Shown one piece after another: positions 1-9,252 of a stretch of 64,000 nucleotides of DNA. The first letter of the stretch is position 1, and every line of letters begins with the position of its first letter. The position numbers and the translations under genes were made by a program. The notes under the pieces were generated by a model. That model had not been told where the DNA came from and ran no database searches. It worked only from the letters and a program-made list of their open reading frames with translations. This DNA is from Dehalococcoidales bacterium (GTDB taxonomy: Bacteria; Chloroflexota; Dehalococcoidia; Dehalococcoidales; RBG-16-60-22): contig JAQTMM010000001.1 in the NCBI GenBank assembly GCA_028714335.1, positions 8,181 to 72,180 of the forward strand, in the 5' to 3' direction.

Positions 1-1
1 T

Positions 2-523
2 AGAGTTCTAGAGCACCTAAGTGTTGAAGAAAATCTTAATATTGGTGCCTATCGTCGTAATGATAGAGCTGGTATTAAAAGCGATCTAGATATGGTATTC
101 AATTACTTTCCTAAATTAAAGGATTTTCGTCGCCGAACAAGCGGCTATTTATCGGGCGGCGAGCAGCAAATGCTCGTTATTGGTCGAGCGATGATGGCCC
201 GCCCCAAACTTATGTTGCTCGATGAACCTTCATTGGGACTGGCTCCGCTTTTTGTTCATGAAATTTTTAAAATCATAAAGAAAATTAATGCGGAACAAAA
301 GGTGGCGATTTTACTGGTTGAACAAAATGTCCGCGCCGCCTTTGGTATAGCCGATTACGGCTACGTAATGGAAAATGGGCGGATCGTATTGGATGGTCCT
401 GCAGATAAACTCCGGGATAACGAAGACGTAAAAGAATTTTACCTGGGCCTGTCAACCGTAGGTTCACAAAAAAGCTTCCGTGATATAAAGCATTATCGAC
501 GGAGAAAGAGATGGCTTTCCTGA
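2..523 (+). CDS. livF: Liv-type (branched-chain amino acid family) ABC transporter ATP-binding subunit, C-terminal part; 5' end outside window
   Basis: Frame is open from base 2 (RVLEHLSVEENLNIGAY...) into the listed ORF. It carries the ABC signature LSGGEQQ and Walker B LMLLDEP. LivH/LivM-like permeases follow. Confidence 0.85.
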   Translation, partial: RVLEHLSVEENLNIGAYRRNDRAGIKSDLDMVFNYFPKLKDFRRRTSGYLSGGEQQMLVIGRAMMARPKLMLLDEPSLGLAPLFVHEIFKIIKKINAEQKVAILLVEQNVRAAFGIADYGYVMENGRIVLDGPADKLRDNEDVKEFYLGLSTVGSQKSFRDIKHYRRRKRWLS

Positions 524-539
524 GGTAAAGGAAAAATCG

Positions 540-2474
540 ATGAAGACTGAGGTAAGAAAAGAAGACCGCGGCGATACCTGGCCGAAAATCCTACGGTTTA
601 ATTACGAAAAATACGGCGCAAAACATAAAGCCATGCGCAAGAAACTCTTTGGCATCTGGCAGTCTTACTCCTGGCAGGATTACTATCATAACGTTAAGTA
701 CTTAGCTCTAGGCTTGCTTGCGCTGGGTTTTAAAAAGAATGCAAAGCTGCTGATAATCGGTGATAATGCGCCGGAATGGTATTTCGCTGAACTTGCTGCG
801 CAGTCTAACCACGGTATAAGTGTCGGACTTTATTCCGATTTAACACCAGGTGAAATCCAATATATCGTTACCGATTCAGAGGCTTCTTTTGCGTTAGTGG
901 AGGACCAGGAACAGGTTGATAAATTACTTGAAAGTAAACAAAAACTTCCACTACTCAAGAAAATCATTTACTGGAGATATAAGGGCCTTTCCAATTATAA
1001 AAATCCTGAAATAATCGGTTACCGGCAGGTAATAGAACTTGGTAAAAAGTATGAAAATGACCATTTTGGTTTATTTGAAGAAAATATTGCCACAGGTAAA
1101 GCAGATGATATTTGTTCCTTAGTCTATACTTCCGGAACTACTGGTGAGAATCCCAAGGGAGCAATGCACTCATTCAAGACCATGAAGTATGGCTCCGATT
1201 GTTATTTAGACCTCGACCCAATATTTGAATCAGACAACATTATGTCGTACTTGCCACCAGCTTGGATAACCGAGCAATGGTTGGGCATCGGTTCTCACCT
1301 GTTATCGGGCTGTATCGCGAACTTTCCTGAAGGAGTTGAAACACAACAACAGGATATCCGCGAAATCGGGCCGACGATGGTATTTTATAACGCCCGTCTC
1401 TGGGAGACGCAAGCTAGTCGTGTTCAATCAAGAATGCAAGGTACTGATTTTATTAAAAAATTCATCTATCATTTGTTTCTGCCAGTAGGCTATAAAGTAG
1501 CTGATATGAAATTTAAAAATATAAAGCCCGGGCTTCTATGGAAACTACTCCATTCCATGGGTGACTTGGTGATATTTCGGCCTATCCGGGACAACCTAGG
1601 CCTGATTAACGCCAGGATTTGCTATTCCGCCGGTTCTTCTTTAAGTCCGGATATTATCAGGTTTTTTCACGCTTTAAACGTGCCGTTAAAAAGCCTTTAT
1701 GGCTCCACTGAAGGAGGCGCGCTGACTGGCGCCGGAAACACTGATATTAAGCCAGAAACAGTCGGCCCGTTACATCCCGGTATTGAGATAGAAATTTCCA
1801 AGGATGGAGAAATTTACAGCCGGCATCCCGGTATGTTCTTGGGTTATTATAACAATTCTAAAGCCACCGCAGATGTGCTTAAAAACGGATGGTTCTGCAG
1901 CGGTGATTGTGGCTACTTAACACAAGAAGGCCATCTAGTCTTTGTTGACCGCATTGAGGATATCGTAAAACTTAAATCCGGTGAACAATTGGCACCCCAG
2001 GAAATCGAAAGTCGCTTGAAATTCAGCCAGTACATCAAGGACGCATGGGTAATGGCCGGACCCAAAAATGAATACGTAGCAGCAGTCATTATTATCGATA
2101 ATGTAAGTATCGGACCATGGGCAGATCGGCATAAAGTGACCCATACAACCTTTAGTGACCTCGCCCAGAAACCTGAAGTGTATGAATTAATCAGACAGGA
2201 AATCACCAAAATTAATCTCAATTTTCCGGCTGGTTGTCAGATAAAAAAGTTTGTCAACCTGCATAAAGAGTTTGATCCCGATGAAGGCGAATTAACTAGG
2301 AACCGAAAATTGCGGAAATCATTCTTGGCTGAGCGTTACCGCGGATTGGTTGCTGCCATATATAAAGACCAATCTTCGGTAACGCTCGAAACCCAGGTAA
2401 AATACCGCGATGGCCGAATCGATTCCACTAAACACCAAATCAGCATCTGGGAAATAGAGAGGACTAAACGATGA
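540..2474 (+). CDS. AMP-dependent acyl-CoA synthetase/ligase (long-chain-fatty-acid--CoA ligase-like)
   Basis: 644 aa with AMP-binding signature YTSGTTGENPKG. Its stop overlaps the next start (ATGA at 2471-2474), so it sits inside the transporter operon. Confidence 0.85.
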   Translation: MKTEVRKEDRGDTWPKILRFNYEKYGAKHKAMRKKLFGIWQSYSWQDYYHNVKYLALGLLALGFKKNAKLLIIGDNAPEWYFAELAAQSNHGISVGLYSDLTPGEIQYIVTDSEASFALVEDQEQVDKLLESKQKLPLLKKIIYWRYKGLSNYKNPEIIGYRQVIELGKKYENDHFGLFEENIATGKADDICSLVYTSGTTGENPKGAMHSFKTMKYGSDCYLDLDPIFESDNIMSYLPPAWITEQWLGIGSHLLSGCIANFPEGVETQQQDIREIGPTMVFYNARLWETQASRVQSRMQGTDFIKKFIYHLFLPVGYKVADMKFKNIKPGLLWKLLHSMGDLVIFRPIRDNLGLINARICYSAGSSLSPDIIRFFHALNVPLKSLYGSTEGGALTGAGNTDIKPETVGPLHPGIEIEISKDGEIYSRHPGMFLGYYNNSKATADVLKNGWFCSGDCGYLTQEGHLVFVDRIEDIVKLKSGEQLAPQEIESRLKFSQYIKDAWVMAGPKNEYVAAVIIIDNVSIGPWADRHKVTHTTFSDLAQKPEVYELIRQEITKINLNFPAGCQIKKFVNLHKEFDPDEGELTRNRKLRKSFLAERYRGLVAAIYKDQSSVTLETQVKYRDGRIDSTKHQISIWEIERTKR

Positions 2475-3361
2475 CTTTCTTTCTGCAATTAGTTATAACG
2501 GGCTTTGGGTTAGGCATGGTTTATGCCCTCATCGCCATCGGTTTTGTCATCATCCTCAAGTGCTCCAAGGCATTTAACATAGCCCAGGGCCAGTTCGTGA
2601 TGATCGGCGGCTATTTGGGTTTCACCTTCCTAGTTACTTTTAATTTACCGGTCTGGGCTAGCATTCTTGCAGCGATCGCCGTTGCAGTTGTTATGGGGGG
2701 ACTAATTGAGAGGCTGACATTACGACCGCTAGTCGGCCAATCGGTGTTAGCTATTATTATGATGACAATTGCCCTGGGGACGATACTGGAAGGTGTTGCA
2801 ACCTTAGTATGGGGTGGAGAATATAAAGCATATCACGGAGCATTGCCTACTATAACACTAAAAGTCGGTGAATTTTCAATACCTCCTGAAACATTGATTG
2901 GAATTATAGTTTCTATATTGGTCGTAGTAGCACTAATGGCTCTCTTTCGTTATGCCAAAATTGGGCTTGCCATGCGGGCTACGGCTGAGGATGAGCAGGT
3001 TGTGCAAAGCGTTGGGATTAAAGTAACCAGCATCTATACAATTTCCTGGATGATAGCCTGTGTAGTGGGTGTCGTTAGCGGTATTATACTCGGTGGAGTA
3101 TCTGGCGTAATGGTTTCCATGTCTGAAGTAGGCATGAAAGCTTTAGCTGTCGTGCTACTTGGAGGAATTGACTCCATCGGCGGCGCGATTCTGGCAGGTA
3201 TTATTATCGGCGTATTAGAAAATGTGGCCGCGGGTTATCTGGACCCGCTATTGCCTTCTGGCGGCGGCCTCGCCAATGTTTTCCCATTTATTATTATCAT
3301 TATCGTGTTGATTTTTAAGCCACACGGCTTGTTCGGCTTGAAGAGGATAGAAAGGATTTAG
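2471..3361 (+). CDS. livH: Liv-type ABC transporter permease (LivH-like)
   Basis: 296 aa polytopic membrane protein. The N-terminus FLQLVITGFGLGMVYALIAIGF is typical of the LivH family. It is translationally coupled to its neighbours. Confidence 0.85.
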   Translation: MTFFLQLVITGFGLGMVYALIAIGFVIILKCSKAFNIAQGQFVMIGGYLGFTFLVTFNLPVWASILAAIAVAVVMGGLIERLTLRPLVGQSVLAIIMMTIALGTILEGVATLVWGGEYKAYHGALPTITLKVGEFSIPPETLIGIIVSILVVVALMALFRYAKIGLAMRATAEDEQVVQSVGIKVTSIYTISWMIACVVGVVSGIILGGVSGVMVSMSEVGMKALAVVLLGGIDSIGGAILAGIIIGVLENVAAGYLDPLLPSGGGLANVFPFIIIIIVLIFKPHGLFGLKRIERI

Positions 3362-3363
3362 TC

Positions 3364-4416
3364 ATGAGCTTACCCAGTGGGATTTTTCAAGAAAGCTATG
3401 GCCAGGACATGGCTATCCTCCGTACCAAGCAACAATGGATTTGGCTGCTAATTTTCCTTGCCGTGCTCTTTACTATGCCGTTATATTCCAGCGACAAAAT
3501 TATGACCCTAGCAACTATGATGGGCATTAGTGTTATCAGCGTACTTGGTCTTAATATCCTAACTGGCTATTGCGGCCAGATTTCTCTTGGTCACGCCGGT
3601 TTTATGGCTGTCGGCGGTTATGTTTCCGCGATGCTTACTGCCAATCTCGGCTGGCCTTTCTGGGCAGCTTTGCCCTGCGCCGGTCTAGCCGCCGGGTTAG
3701 TGGGGATTCTCTTCGGACTCCCGTCGCTGAAGATAAAAGGTTTTTACCTCATTATGGCCACTGTAGCTGCCCAGTTTATTGTCATCTGGCTTATCCTCCA
3801 ATTCCGCGGTTTTACCGGCGGCACTGATGGTCTTGCAGTCCCCCGGCCAGAGCTTTTTGGCTATGTCATAAAAACCAAGGGAGCATATTTCCTGCTGGTG
3901 ATGATAATCGCCTGCCTGGCGACATTTTTCGCAAAAAACTTGGTGAGGACTAGGGTAGGGCGGGCTTTCATTGCCATTCGTGATAATGACTTGGCAGCGG
4001 AGGTCATGGGTGTAAATCTTTTATCCTATAAACTGCTGGCTTTCTTCATTGGCTGCGTCTATGCAGGAGTAGCTGGTTCTCTACTAGTTCACTATTTTGC
4101 GTTTGCCGACATTAATATGTTTCCTTTCGGTGATTCTGTGTGGTACCTAGCGATGTTGATTGTTGGTGGCATGGGCAGCACTACCGGTGCTATTTTCGGG
4201 GTTATTACTCTAAAGTTACTGGATGAGGCGATGATACTAGCTGGTCCAGCTTTAGCTGCAGCTTTCCCCGCTATCGCCGCCCAGGCAGCGGCTTCATTGA
4301 GTCTTATTATGCGGGGGTTAGTAATTGTCATTTTCCTGATTTTTGAACCTAGGGGTTTGGTGCACCGCTGGGAGTTGATTAAAGCTTATTTCAAACGTTG
4401 GCCTTTTTCTGTGTAA
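3364..4416 (+). CDS. livM: Liv-type ABC transporter permease (LivM-like)
   Basis: 350 aa hydrophobic protein with GYCGQISLGHAGFMAVGGY, a motif typical of LivM. It starts 3 nt after the livH-like stop. Confidence 0.85.
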   Translation: MSLPSGIFQESYGQDMAILRTKQQWIWLLIFLAVLFTMPLYSSDKIMTLATMMGISVISVLGLNILTGYCGQISLGHAGFMAVGGYVSAMLTANLGWPFWAALPCAGLAAGLVGILFGLPSLKIKGFYLIMATVAAQFIVIWLILQFRGFTGGTDGLAVPRPELFGYVIKTKGAYFLLVMIIACLATFFAKNLVRTRVGRAFIAIRDNDLAAEVMGVNLLSYKLLAFFIGCVYAGVAGSLLVHYFAFADINMFPFGDSVWYLAMLIVGGMGSTTGAIFGVITLKLLDEAMILAGPALAAAFPAIAAQAAASLSLIMRGLVIVIFLIFEPRGLVHRWELIKAYFKRWPFSV

Positions 4417-4509
4417 TACCGAAACGAAATACTAAAGGAGGTGGATTTATTAGGGAAAAAATGATTATTGTCCAATCGATCGATCTGTCAATCGTAAAAA
4501 GGAGAAAAT

Positions 4510-5835
4510 ATGAAAAAATTTAAGCCGTTTTTAACCGTTTCACTCACTCTTCTACTAGCATTAATTTTGGTGTTGACTTCTTGCAATGGTGAAAGTACAA
4601 CAGTTACAGCCACAGTCACCACCTCTTCAACATCAACCACAACTACAGCCAGCCCAGTTACACTCTATATCGGAGGGACTTTTGCTCTGACCGGCGCTTA
4701 CGCCGAAGATTGTGCTGCGGTTCTCGCTGGCTTCCAGGATTACGCCAAATACGTCAACGATAATCACATTATCGCCCCTTGGTATACAGATAAAACAATA
4801 CCCAGCAATATTACCTTTGAAGTACTCTGGGGAGACGATCAGTTGGCGCCAGACAAAGCCCTGACTATATATGATGACCTCAAATCTCAGGGCATGCTGG
4901 TTGAACGAATCACTGGTTCGCCCGAAGGTTTAGCGTTGAAAGATAGATTGAATGAAGACCGCATCGGCGCTACCAGCCAGTCCACCTCGCCTTCTTATCT
5001 CTCACCGCCCCAAACGATCTTTACCAACGCCCCGATTTACACCGACCAGATGGCTGCCGCCGCCGAATGGTTCCTTGAACAATGGATTGCGGCCGGCCAT
5101 ACCGAAAAACCTCGTGTAGCCTATCTCACTGCCGATAGCTCTCTTGGCAGGGGCATCGACATTCCGGAAATGCAGGCATACTTGGAAGAACTCGGCTATG
5201 AATTTGTCGGTAGCCAGTTTGTACCGATGGTTCCAACTACTCCGCCGACCACCCAACTGCTTTGGTTGAAGGATAACAACGTTAACCTGACTCTCGGGTG
5301 TATGATCAATCCCGGCTCTCAGCCGACCATCAAAGAAGCCGTCAGGCTTGGTATGGGTCCGGACCTCGAGTACGAAATAACCTTTGTTTTCGCTAATCCT
5401 TCTCACCTCCAGGTCTTTGTCCCGGCGATGGGTGAATTGGGCAACGGTGTAGTTGTCACCGGCGATTTCGTCGCTCTGGATGCCGACGTTCCCGGTGTCG
5501 ACTTTGCCAACATGCTTCAGGATGAATATCGTCCAGATAACAAAATCAGCCACGTGATGTACCTAGACGGCATTATCGAGGCTATGACCCAGATCGAAGC
5601 GTTAAGATTAGCCATGCTGCAAAAACCGGCGGACCAATTAACAGCGCTGGATGTTTTAGAGTATGGTTTCTACCAGATTGAAGACTTCAACGTGGGCAAT
5701 ATCACAATATCCAATCTTACATATGGCCCGGGTGATGTCGAAGGCGTCGATATGGTACGTATTCAACAGGTACAGGACGGAGTAATTGTTGAGGTTGGCT
5801 CTTACCCACTCCGACACATCTATAAGCACGAATAG
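4510..5835 (+). CDS. ABC transporter substrate-binding lipoprotein (type I periplasmic binding fold, LivK-like), with Thr/Ser-rich linker
   Basis: SD aaaggag lies upstream. The signal peptide has a lipobox (LVLTSC, Cys25) followed by ESTTVTATVTTSSTSTTTTASP. The gene is last in the transporter operon and is followed by a clean terminator. Confidence 0.75.
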   Translation: MKKFKPFLTVSLTLLLALILVLTSCNGESTTVTATVTTSSTSTTTTASPVTLYIGGTFALTGAYAEDCAAVLAGFQDYAKYVNDNHIIAPWYTDKTIPSNITFEVLWGDDQLAPDKALTIYDDLKSQGMLVERITGSPEGLALKDRLNEDRIGATSQSTSPSYLSPPQTIFTNAPIYTDQMAAAAEWFLEQWIAAGHTEKPRVAYLTADSSLGRGIDIPEMQAYLEELGYEFVGSQFVPMVPTTPPTTQLLWLKDNNVNLTLGCMINPGSQPTIKEAVRLGMGPDLEYEITFVFANPSHLQVFVPAMGELGNGVVVTGDFVALDADVPGVDFANMLQDEYRPDNKISHVMYLDGIIEAMTQIEALRLAMLQKPADQLTALDVLEYGFYQIEDFNVGNITISNLTYGPGDVEGVDMVRIQQVQDGVIVEVGSYPLRHIYKHE

Positions 5836-5868
5836 CTAGATAGTGATAACAAGAATTTAAGAACCTTA

Positions 5869-5905
5869 CAGAAAGGCTGGGATAAAACCCAGCCTTTCTG
5901 TTTCT
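5869..5905 (+). terminator. Rho-independent terminator after the binding-protein gene
   Basis: Perfect 13-bp stem cagaaaggctggg / cccagcctttctg with loop ataaaa, followed by tttct. Confidence 0.8.
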
Positions 5906-5950
5906 AATAATGGGGTGTTATTTATACGTGTAAAATATTTAAGTTTATTA

Positions 5951-5996
5951 TACAATTATGAATTAAAACTGAAGGAAAGTTCAAAGGTTCTGTCTA
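5951..5996 (+). repeat. Copy 1 of a 46-bp intergenic direct repeat (tacaattatgaattaaaactgaaggaaagttcaaaggttctgtcta)
   Basis: Hand alignment to 7601-7646 gives 44/46 and to 21986-22031 gives 43/46, all in the same orientation. The flank gtattt..tta upstream is also similar. The downstream flank actgcagtccacca resembles the copy 3 flank. Confidence 0.9.
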
Positions 5997-6127
5997 TTAT
6001 ATACTGCAGTCCACCATTTTTCTCCTCCCACTATTTCCACAAAAAAATCAACAGGGTATTTTTCTTCTTTTATTTTTGGTACTATGTATTTACACACTAA
6101 GTGATGAAGTAGATATTAGGAGAGAAT

Positions 6128-7360
6128 ATGCTGGAAAGAAAAACGGGGATATCCGCATTTCCTGACAAGCTCGACGTGTACAGATTAACCGACAGTATAC
6201 GTACGGTACAGTGCAATTTACATCAGGAAGCTCATTACGCCTACGCAAGCTGGGTCATTACGGATGACGGAGTGGTCGTCATCGATACCGGCGAACCATC
6301 TATCAGTTCCCTAATCAATGAGGAAATCGCCAGGGAAACCGACAAACCGGTGAAATACGTGATATATACCCACGGACACGCTGATCATTCCCGCGGTACC
6401 TATGCGTTTATGAAGCACAATCCCAGGATAATCGCTCATGAAAATCTGATATCCCGGTTTAAACGCCACGAGTTGACTGCCGAATACATCAACAGGATCA
6501 TGAAAATCCAGATACACTTTGATCTGCAAAGCGAGCGTATGCCGAAGTACCCCTTCATTTATCCTACTGAAACATACACGAACGAATATGAATTCCGACT
6601 GGGAGGCAAGACCTTTTATTTGTTTCATGGCAAGGGAGAAACGGATGACCACACACTCGTCTGGATACCGGAAGAGAAGGCCGTATTCTGCGGGGACTTG
6701 CTGGAAGCTTCGTTTCCCAATCTGGGCAATCCCTTTAAAGTCCAGCGGTACGCTGAGGAATGGGCTGTTGCCATGGAAAGAGTACTCGCGCTTGACCCGG
6801 ATATTGCCATCGGCGGCGATGTCGTCCTTATTACTAAGGAAAAGATACTTGAAGTGCTTGGTGAGAATATTGAACTCCTGAGATTTCTCCAGGATTCGGT
6901 AGTAAAAGCAGCCAATGAAGGGAAAAGCCTGGAACAGATAACCGAGGAAATCCAGCTTCCCCCTCATCTGGAAAAAAGCCCTAATTTACGGCAGATATAC
7001 TCGCGGCGGGAGTTTGCTATCTACAACATATGGAAACGGTATTGCGGGTACTTTGATTTTTCCCCCTCCAGTCTCCTGCCCCGGCCTAAAAAGGAGCTAT
7101 CCGGCGTAGTACGCGGCCTCATAGGCAATGATGAAGCTATTGTAAGAGCGGCGAAGAAACTCATGGCCGATGGGCAGTTGCAACTCGCGCTTGAGACGTT
7201 GGATATTATTTTGAAAACAGATTATGAATATGTGCCTGCCCGCCGGGAGAGAATGGAGATACTCAAAAAGCTGTTTGATACTGATATATGCCTCATGTCA
7301 CGTAATACGTGGCTGTATTATCTTGAAGAGGACAAACGCTTTCTTGAACAGCACTCTTAG
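6128..7360 (+). CDS. MBL-fold metallo-hydrolase, alkyl/aryl-sulfatase-like (MBL domain plus helical C-terminal domain)
   Basis: 410 aa with metallo-beta-lactamase motif YTHGHADHSRG and later D/H ligands (GETDDHTLVW). SD aggagag lies upstream. The sulfatase-like subfamily is only an impression from the C-terminal helical region. Confidence 0.75.
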   Translation: MLERKTGISAFPDKLDVYRLTDSIRTVQCNLHQEAHYAYASWVITDDGVVVIDTGEPSISSLINEEIARETDKPVKYVIYTHGHADHSRGTYAFMKHNPRIIAHENLISRFKRHELTAEYINRIMKIQIHFDLQSERMPKYPFIYPTETYTNEYEFRLGGKTFYLFHGKGETDDHTLVWIPEEKAVFCGDLLEASFPNLGNPFKVQRYAEEWAVAMERVLALDPDIAIGGDVVLITKEKILEVLGENIELLRFLQDSVVKAANEGKSLEQITEEIQLPPHLEKSPNLRQIYSRREFAIYNIWKRYCGYFDFSPSSLLPRPKKELSGVVRGLIGNDEAIVRAAKKLMADGQLQLALETLDIILKTDYEYVPARRERMEILKKLFDTDICLMSRNTWLYYLEEDKRFLEQHS

Positions 7361-7584
7361 TGCTATTCGGTTATGGCCTATTCGTTAAAAACGTAGCATC
7401 AGACCAGTTCCCCTGCCTTGAGCTTCCTGATGAAGCCTGGGATACGCCAAAGCTGTTGTCTGAATGCCCACTTTGCCACAAAACACTAAAGTTTAACCCA
7501 TTCATTGTGGACAATAAAAGGAGATATAGGCGTAATAATCAAAGAAATTATATCGAGTACTACACAAATATCCAGAATGTATGA
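7360..7584 (+). CDS. Hypothetical small protein (74 aa), doubtful
   Basis: GTG start overlaps the stop of the MBL gene. It has a CPLCH motif and a basic tail, with no recognisable family and no SD. Confidence 0.25.
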   Translation: MLFGYGLFVKNVASDQFPCLELPDEAWDTPKLLSECPLCHKTLKFNPFIVDNKRRYRRNNQRNYIEYYTNIQNV

Positions 7585-7600
7585 TGTTTGTATTTTATTA

Positions 7601-7646
7601 CACAATTATGAATTAAAACTGAAAGAAAGTTCAAAGGTTCTGTCTA
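7601..7646 (+). repeat. Copy 2 of the 46-bp intergenic direct repeat
   Basis: cacaattatgaattaaaactgaaagaaagttcaaaggttctgtcta, with 2 mismatches to copy 1. It lies in the gap between convergent genes. Confidence 0.9.
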
Positions 7647-7749
7647 TGGTATTCAACCTTCCGCGGTGAGATATTTTGTTGTACCGCCATCGCGGAGTCT
7701 ACCCCCTATATTGATGGCTGGACTATAGGGGTAGTGTAAAATGAATTTT

Positions 7750-9252
7750 TTATTGTGCTTCCCATCCTTGCGCCCTCTCTACAGCACGTTTCCAGTTGTG
7801 ATATAGAGTTTCCCGTTCATCCGCATTCATCTTTGGCTCAAAGGTAGCGGTGCTGTGCCATTGTTTTCCGATTTCTTCCACATCTTGCCAAACCCCCACA
7901 GCTAAACCGGCCAGATAAGCCGCCCCCAGTGCTGTTATTTCGGGGATTTGTGCTCGTTGAATGGGTATACCAAGAATGTCTGCCTGGAATTGCATCAAGA
8001 GGTTATTAACACTGCCGCCACCATCAACACGGAGTACTGGAATTTTAATATTTGACGCTTCTTTTATAACATCGATAACATCACGGGTCTGATAGGCGAT
8101 TGCTTCTAATGCCGCTCTTGCCAGATGCCCTTTACTACTGCCTCGGGTGAGACCGAAAATAGAACCACGGGCATACATATCCCAATGAGGAGCGCCTAAT
8201 CCCACGAAAGCAGGTACAAAATAGACACCGCCGTTGTCAGGAACAATGCCCGCTAGTGTCTCGCTTTCGGCTGCGGTCTTGATCAGCCCCAGATTATCTC
8301 GTAACCATTGAATAACCGCCCCGGTTATAAAGATGCTGCCCTCCATCGCGTAAGTTGCCTGGTTCCTGAGCCCCCAGGCTACCGTGGTGATGATGCCTTT
8401 GTCAGAGAATATCGGTTTTTCGCCCGTATTTACCAGCACAAATGAACCCGTGCCGTAGGTGTTTTTTGCCATACCTTTTTGATGGCAGGCTTGACCGAAT
8501 AGACTTGCTTGCTGATCTCCAACGATACCCGCGACGGGTATATGCGCATCATCAAATATTCCTTCGGCAGTTTCTCCGTACACGAAACTCGATGGCAATA
8601 ACTGAGGCAATATGACGCTCGGGATGCCCAGTATTTGAAGAAGATCAGTATCCCACTGAAGCGTACTGATATTGAGCAACATAGTACGGCTGGCGTTAGA
8701 ATAATCTGTAACATGAATTTTCCCTTTGGTGAGATTCCAGACTAACCAGGTATCAATCGTACCGCAAATCAGGTCTCCTTGTTTTGCCCGTTCCCACCCG
8801 TGAGGAATATTATCCAGTAACCACTTAATCTTGGTGCCGGAGAAATAGGCGTCGATTGGTAGCCCAGTCTTTTGTCTAATTAGCTTTTCCAGTCCTTGTT
8901 TCTTCAGGTCCTCGCACAAACCAGAAGTACGGCGGCATTGCCAGCAGATTGAGGGATGGACCGGTTTCCCGCTGGATCGTTCCCACACCACCACACTCTC
9001 TCGCTGGTTGGTTATGCCCAGAGCACTTACTTTAGAGAAAGGAATGCCGGCTTTGTGCACAGCTTCATTCCCCACCGTAACACAGCTTTGGAAAATCTCA
9101 TCAGGAGCATGTTCCACCCATCCCGGTTGTGGAAAGATCTGGCGTATTTCCCGGTATGCCCGGGAAACCACATGGCCTTTTTCGTCAAATAACAAGGCGG
9201 TGCTACCGGTAGTGCCTTGATCTAAAGCTAGAATATAACTTCCTATAACCAT
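7750..9252 (-). CDS. glpK: Glycerol kinase
   Basis: 500 aa with an FGGY-family N-terminus YILALDQGTTGSTALLFD and conserved GlpK blocks (ITNQRESVVVWE, AYFSGTKIKWLLDN). Confidence 0.95.
   Translation of the reverse strand: MVIGSYILALDQGTTGSTALLFDEKGHVVSRAYREIRQIFPQPGWVEHAPDEIFQSCVTVGNEAVHKAGIPFSKVSALGITNQRESVVVWERSSGKPVHPSICWQCRRTSGLCEDLKKQGLEKLIRQKTGLPIDAYFSGTKIKWLLDNIPHGWERAKQGDLICGTIDTWLVWNLTKGKIHVTDYSNASRTMLLNISTLQWDTDLLQILGIPSVILPQLLPSSFVYGETAEGIFDDAHIPVAGIVGDQQASLFGQACHQKGMAKNTYGTGSFVLVNTGEKPIFSDKGIITTVAWGLRNQATYAMEGSIFITGAVIQWLRDNLGLIKTAAESETLAGIVPDNGGVYFVPAFVGLGAPHWDMYARGSIFGLTRGSSKGHLARAALEAIAYQTRDVIDVIKEASNIKIPVLRVDGGGSVNNLLMQFQADILGIPIQRAQIPEITALGAAYLAGLAVGVWQDVEEIGKQWHSTATFEPKMNADERETLYHNWKRAVERAQGWEAQ

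Noticed and set aside
5944-5975. Resemblance of the left part of the repeat (ttattatacaattatgaattaaaa) to dif/Xer sites (XerD arm TTATGTTAAAT)
   Set aside because: The match needs a 2-3 nt insertion, the arms are only weakly palindromic (about 14/22 by hand, expected for AT-rich DNA), and all copies are in direct orientation. I keep it only as one hypothesis under the repeat finding.
5915-6100. 61-aa ORF spanning repeat copy 1
   Set aside because: The conserved repeat core reads atg-aat-taa in one frame. The other two copies are not embedded in comparable ORFs, so conservation is at the nucleotide level.
6311-6967. 218-aa minus-strand ORF, plus the 120-aa and 96-aa ORFs, inside the MBL hydrolase gene
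   Set aside because: They lie antisense or out of frame to a gene with a clear HGHADH metallo-hydrolase motif, and have no SD or recognisable motif.
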